This document shows, in pieces, positions 60,125 through 64,000 of a stretch of 64,000 nucleotides of DNA. The DNA is from an uncultured virus (IMG/VR IMGVR_UViG_3300042922_001471) (Duplodnaviria; Heunggongvirae; Uroviricota; Caudoviricetes): IMG/VR virus record IMGVR_UViG_3300042922_001471; one strand, given 5' to 3'. The notes beneath the pieces were generated by a model. The model was not told the DNA's origin, made no database searches, and saw only the letters and a list, made by a program, of their open reading frames with translations. The translations under genes were made by a program, and so were the position numbers. Numbering within the stretch: the first letter of the stretch is position 1; every line of letters starts with the position of its first letter.

Positions 60125-60643
60125 TCATTTTTTATTTTCTTTTAATATTTTTCTATTAACTTCATTGTCAAATTTATATGAGCTTACAAGACTAATAAAA
60201 TTAAAAGTTCTATCTGCTATTGATTCGATATCTCCAATATAGGTCAAAGAATAAAGATTTAAATAATCGTTAAGTGTTAAAGTATCTTTTATTCGTAGTT
60301 TATAATCCATTTCATTCCTGACATTATAATTTTGGTAATTCATAACTTTAGGAAAATCTCTCAACAATGGCTTATAATTATTATTAGTAAGATAATTTAT
60401 AAAAACTTTTATATCAGATATATTCATTGTTATAAATTTTGTATTATAAGTTGTTTCAAGCCAGTGCTCAAAAGCATTTATATATTGAACAAATTTCTCT
60501 TGATTAGTAATATCCTTATTAAAATAAGATAAAATCCTTAAATCCTCATTTGTTTTTATAGCAACTAATTTTGTAACTCTTGTTACTCCTAAATGGTCTA
60601 ATGTAGTTTCTATATTAAAAAATACATAGGTAATTTTTTTCAT
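60125..60643 (-). CDS. degenerate DEDD exonuclease-fold protein
   Basis: YVFFNIETT...LVAIKTN aligns by eye to YIIFDLEAT...IGAVKIN of the 34599 gene; start re-called after AGGAGG. Confidence 0.6.
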   Translation of the reverse strand: MKKITYVFFNIETTLDHLGVTRVTKLVAIKTNEDLRILSYFNKDITNQEKFVQYINAFEHWLETTYNTKFITMNISDIKVFINYLTNNNYKPLLRDFPKVMNYQNYNVRNEMDYKLRIKDTLTLNDYLNLYSLTYIGDIESIADRTFNFISLVSSYKFDNEVNRKILKENKK

Positions 60644-60847
60644 ACATTCCCTCCTTTTTAAATTCTCTAAATTACGCTTATTTATTATATTTTGAAAAGA
60701 CTTTATATATTTCTTTTTAATGCTTAATATCTTTTTACAAATCATTCACCACTTTAGAGTATTGGGTTATTCTTTTTTACTTAAGATAAAAAAATAATAG
60801 AGAGATGTTGTATAAACATCTCTCTATTATTTTTTTAAATTTAATCT

Positions 60848-63295
60848 TTATGAACTTTGAACTTCCTTTTCTTCTATTAATTGAATTTCTTCAAGTATTC
60901 TATTCGCACCGTCATATTTAGCATAAATTACTATTTTATCAAGTATGTTTTCTTTTATTTTAAACATATTTGAGTGACTTATATGCTCAGTAGAAACAAC
61001 AACTATATCTGCACTTTTTATTATTGGATATATTTTACTCCAAGGTTCATTTCCTTCAATGACATCTGCCTTATATCCTGCTTTTAAAAGACTTAGTTTA
61101 TATGAATTTTCGTAAGATATATTGCCTACAATTGCAACACTCTTAGTTATTTCTCTGATTGAATTTCTATTTTCTGAATAACTTTTATTTCCTGGTGAAC
61201 TTTTTTTAGCATTATTATTTGAAATACTGTTTACTGTATACTCAGGTAAATAATTTATATTTAAAAAATTATTAAATTCATCAACATTTATAAGCTGTCC
61301 TTCTTCTAACTGTACACGTTCTGGGATATTTTTAACTATAGCTATCTCCCCTGTCAATTTTTTAATAAGTACATTATCATGTAGTATTTCTACTGAACCA
61401 CATTGAGACTTATTATATAAAGTTGATGCAGTATAAAAATTCGATTTCTTAAAAATAGTTACTATTTTATCTTCTTCAAAAATTACTACTTCTTGTTCCT
61501 TTATATCATAATTTTCTAAATCTATAGGGTTAAATAATTCTTTTTCAGTTTCAACTTCTCGAATTAAAAGTCCATTAGGAAAGACATTTAAAACAAAGCC
61601 CATCTTATGTCCTTTCGCTATAGTAGACTTAATAAATGTAGAAGCATTATATGGTATTTTCTTATAATATCTAATAAAAGAAAAATCATTTTTAATAGAT
61701 ACAAAGTCATCTTCTTTTAATTTTATATGATTTGGTATATTCCTTATCAATTGTTTTGGCATGTTTCCACTGTCAATATAAAAGCCATCTGCTTTTTCTA
61801 CAACCTTCCCAAAACGACTAATTAAATACTCTGCTCCTGCTTGTTCATGTAAGTAAGGATATGCCCATTTAAAACGATATTCATTATTTACAAGAACAAA
61901 TTGATATTCACCAATGTAAATATTTTTTGGAATATCATACATTATTTCTTTTTGACCATTTAATAATACTATATAATGTGTATTGTTTTCTATAATACAA
62001 TAGCCCACTTTATCATAGGTTTTATTTATAACTTCTACTGTAGGTGTCATTTCAACAATTGATGTAGTTTCAAGCATTTTTTCTTTATTAATATTGTATT
62101 CCTCTATGTATGGCTCAATTATTTTATATAATCTTTCATCTAATTTATTTTCCTGTAGATATTCTTCAATTATTGTTAATTTATTAATCGAAGTTAATTC
62201 ATTGATTTCAATTTTTAATTCTTTTATTTCTTGGGTTTTATCCTTAATTAATAATTTTGTATCAACTAATTGTTTATTTAAGTTATCAACCATTTCTTTA
62301 TATAACATATTTGGTTTTTCTTTTGCATTTTTAAAATCATTTGTTAATTTTTGTATTTGGTTGTCTTTATTCTTGATAGAATCAAGTAACTTATTAATAA
62401 TTTCATTATCTTCCGCATTATTCTTCGGAGATTTTTTAAAATCATTTAATTCTTTTAGTAAAGTTTTCTTATCTTCAGCAAACTTTTTGACTAACTCTTT
62501 ATCCTTTTTATTTATATTTTCTTGTTTAATTAAATTATTATTCAATATATTTAACTGCATTATTAATTCATTATTTTCTTTTAAAATTTCAGTTTTTTCT
62601 TTTTCATTTAATAATTTAAAATAATATATTAACTTTGTATTTATAACATATTTATATGGCAATATACTTGTCAATGAAAGTTTGGCATTATTATAATCAA
62701 CATCAGGAAACATATCTTTTTCCATTATTTCACTGAGTTTTTCTTTTAGTTCTTCTTTGTCTATACTTTCTTCAAAGAATTTTTTAAATTGTTCAATAAT
62801 AGATAACAAATGAACTAAACATAAAATATTTAAACAAACTTTACCTTTAATATTAAAGCTATCTATAAGTTTATCAACATCATTAAATAAATTATCATTA
62901 AAAGTAAAATTATTAGTAGATATGTATTCACATAATTTGATTATCTTGGTTCTGAATAAAAATTTTGCCAAAACATCAATTGCTAAGATAATTAAATTAT
63001 TATCATCTGGTTCTATTTCCTCATTATAAATAAAACTTAAAATTACAGGGTTTACCTTTTTTAAATCAAACATTTCTTTAATCATTTTTATTAAATCATT
63101 TTTTGATTTCTTAGGAAAAGAGAATCCCTGCTCTTTAATGCTTTTTTCAAAATTGTCAAGTTTAATAGAATTTATATCTTCTAATTTTTCAAAATTACCA
63201 CTGCAAAAAAAATGAATAAACAACAATTGGTTTTTGTCTAACTCAGATAATAAGATGTCTGTCGGAAATACTATTTTCTTTAATATTTTTTCCAT
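60848..63295 (-). CDS. large coiled-coil protein with C-terminal DUF2325-like domain
   Basis: VAIVG...SADIVVVSTEHISHS C-terminus; central coiled coil; four repeated beta-rich units. Confidence 0.8.
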   Translation of the reverse strand: MEKILKKIVFPTDILLSELDKNQLLFIHFFCSGNFEKLEDINSIKLDNFEKSIKEQGFSFPKKSKNDLIKMIKEMFDLKKVNPVILSFIYNEEIEPDDNNLIILAIDVLAKFLFRTKIIKLCEYISTNNFTFNDNLFNDVDKLIDSFNIKGKVCLNILCLVHLLSIIEQFKKFFEESIDKEELKEKLSEIMEKDMFPDVDYNNAKLSLTSILPYKYVINTKLIYYFKLLNEKEKTEILKENNELIMQLNILNNNLIKQENINKKDKELVKKFAEDKKTLLKELNDFKKSPKNNAEDNEIINKLLDSIKNKDNQIQKLTNDFKNAKEKPNMLYKEMVDNLNKQLVDTKLLIKDKTQEIKELKIEINELTSINKLTIIEEYLQENKLDERLYKIIEPYIEEYNINKEKMLETTSIVEMTPTVEVINKTYDKVGYCIIENNTHYIVLLNGQKEIMYDIPKNIYIGEYQFVLVNNEYRFKWAYPYLHEQAGAEYLISRFGKVVEKADGFYIDSGNMPKQLIRNIPNHIKLKEDDFVSIKNDFSFIRYYKKIPYNASTFIKSTIAKGHKMGFVLNVFPNGLLIREVETEKELFNPIDLENYDIKEQEVVIFEEDKIVTIFKKSNFYTASTLYNKSQCGSVEILHDNVLIKKLTGEIAIVKNIPERVQLEEGQLINVDEFNNFLNINYLPEYTVNSISNNNAKKSSPGNKSYSENRNSIREITKSVAIVGNISYENSYKLSLLKAGYKADVIEGNEPWSKIYPIIKSADIVVVSTEHISHSNMFKIKENILDKIVIYAKYDGANRILEEIQLIEEKEVQSS

Positions 63296-64000
63296 TATTA
63301 AAAACCTCCCTTATGAATTAAATTATTTAATTTTTATAATACATACACCATAAAATATTATCTTATATTATAAAAAATAGTAGTATTAAAATAATATCAA
63401 CTTTCGGAATACATAAACCTATATATAGTTAAAATTTAAAAACAATAATAATTTAGATAAATCTAAAGTAATATTTTTATTCATTAGTGTCAAAAATTAA
63501 AAACAATATATCTAATCATTTAATAATACCATTCAATACTTATATTTGTAAAGCAATTTTAACCTTTTAGCCTTTGCTAAATCACAACAAATTACATCAA
63601 TAATGTTTACAACTAAACGTTATTAGATTCAGTTAGACAAATCTTACAGCTTTTTAATAATTAATATATTTAATATAGAGATTGTCATTATTCTTAATTA
63701 TAACAAAAAACACATACATTTACGCATGTGCTTTTTTCTTTATTCATTTCGCTATTTCTAAGTTAAGCCCTACATTTTTTGCAACTCTATTTACCTGCAT
63801 CTGCTTTTACTTTTTTAAATCCCTGTTTCTTATAAGTATCAAAGCATCCTCCAAAAACATGCAACATTTCTTGTTTTGATATTTCTAAATTTTTTTTATC
63901 GAATTTAATTTCATAATCTGTAGGCAAGTATAATAGGCGTTCCAGATTCCGATTTTGGTGAAGAAATATGTGCATTTATTATTCTTAAAGAAGGTTTTAC

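Noticed and set aside
63682..64000. Fragmentary ORFs at the right edge, possibly a transposase tail
   Set aside because: Interrupted by stops and cut by the window edge; no diagnostic motif

Overview
Very AT-rich, Clostridia-like DNA (strong GGAGG Shine-Dalgarno sites, TTGACA/TATAAT promoters, intrinsic terminators). It reads as the accessory region of a large plasmid, megaplasmid or jumbo (pro)phage, but no replication, conjugation or virion genes are visible, so the element type is inferred. Many short phage/plasmid-type hypothetical genes are mixed with host-like extras: class III ribonucleotide reductase (nrdD, nrdG), clpX, HU, a Pth2 with an internal stop, a truncated RF1-like release factor, a UviA/UviB-like sigma/holin pair, a GGDEF protein, a subtilisin, an SLT transglycosylase, two ADP-ribosyltransferase-like genes, a GHKL-ATPase/HEXXH fusion and two secreted RCC1-repeat proteins. 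One of the RCC1 proteins is over 2400 aa and is missing from the ORF track because it runs off the left edge. The most striking non-coding features are: (1) a leader on the RF1-like gene, with a consensus promoter, a 3-codon uORF ending in UGA and a hairpin masking the SD and AUG, which looks like a termination-failure sensor; (2) two copies of a ~65-nt sRNA gene, one next to a type I toxin-antitoxin locus; (3) a one-gene cassette bounded by perfect 27-bp inverted repeats with 12-bp-period arrays; (4) a small ORF with Cys-UGA followed by a SECIS-like hairpin. No rRNA, tRNA or CRISPR array was seen. All family names come from motif recognition by eye, not from database searches.
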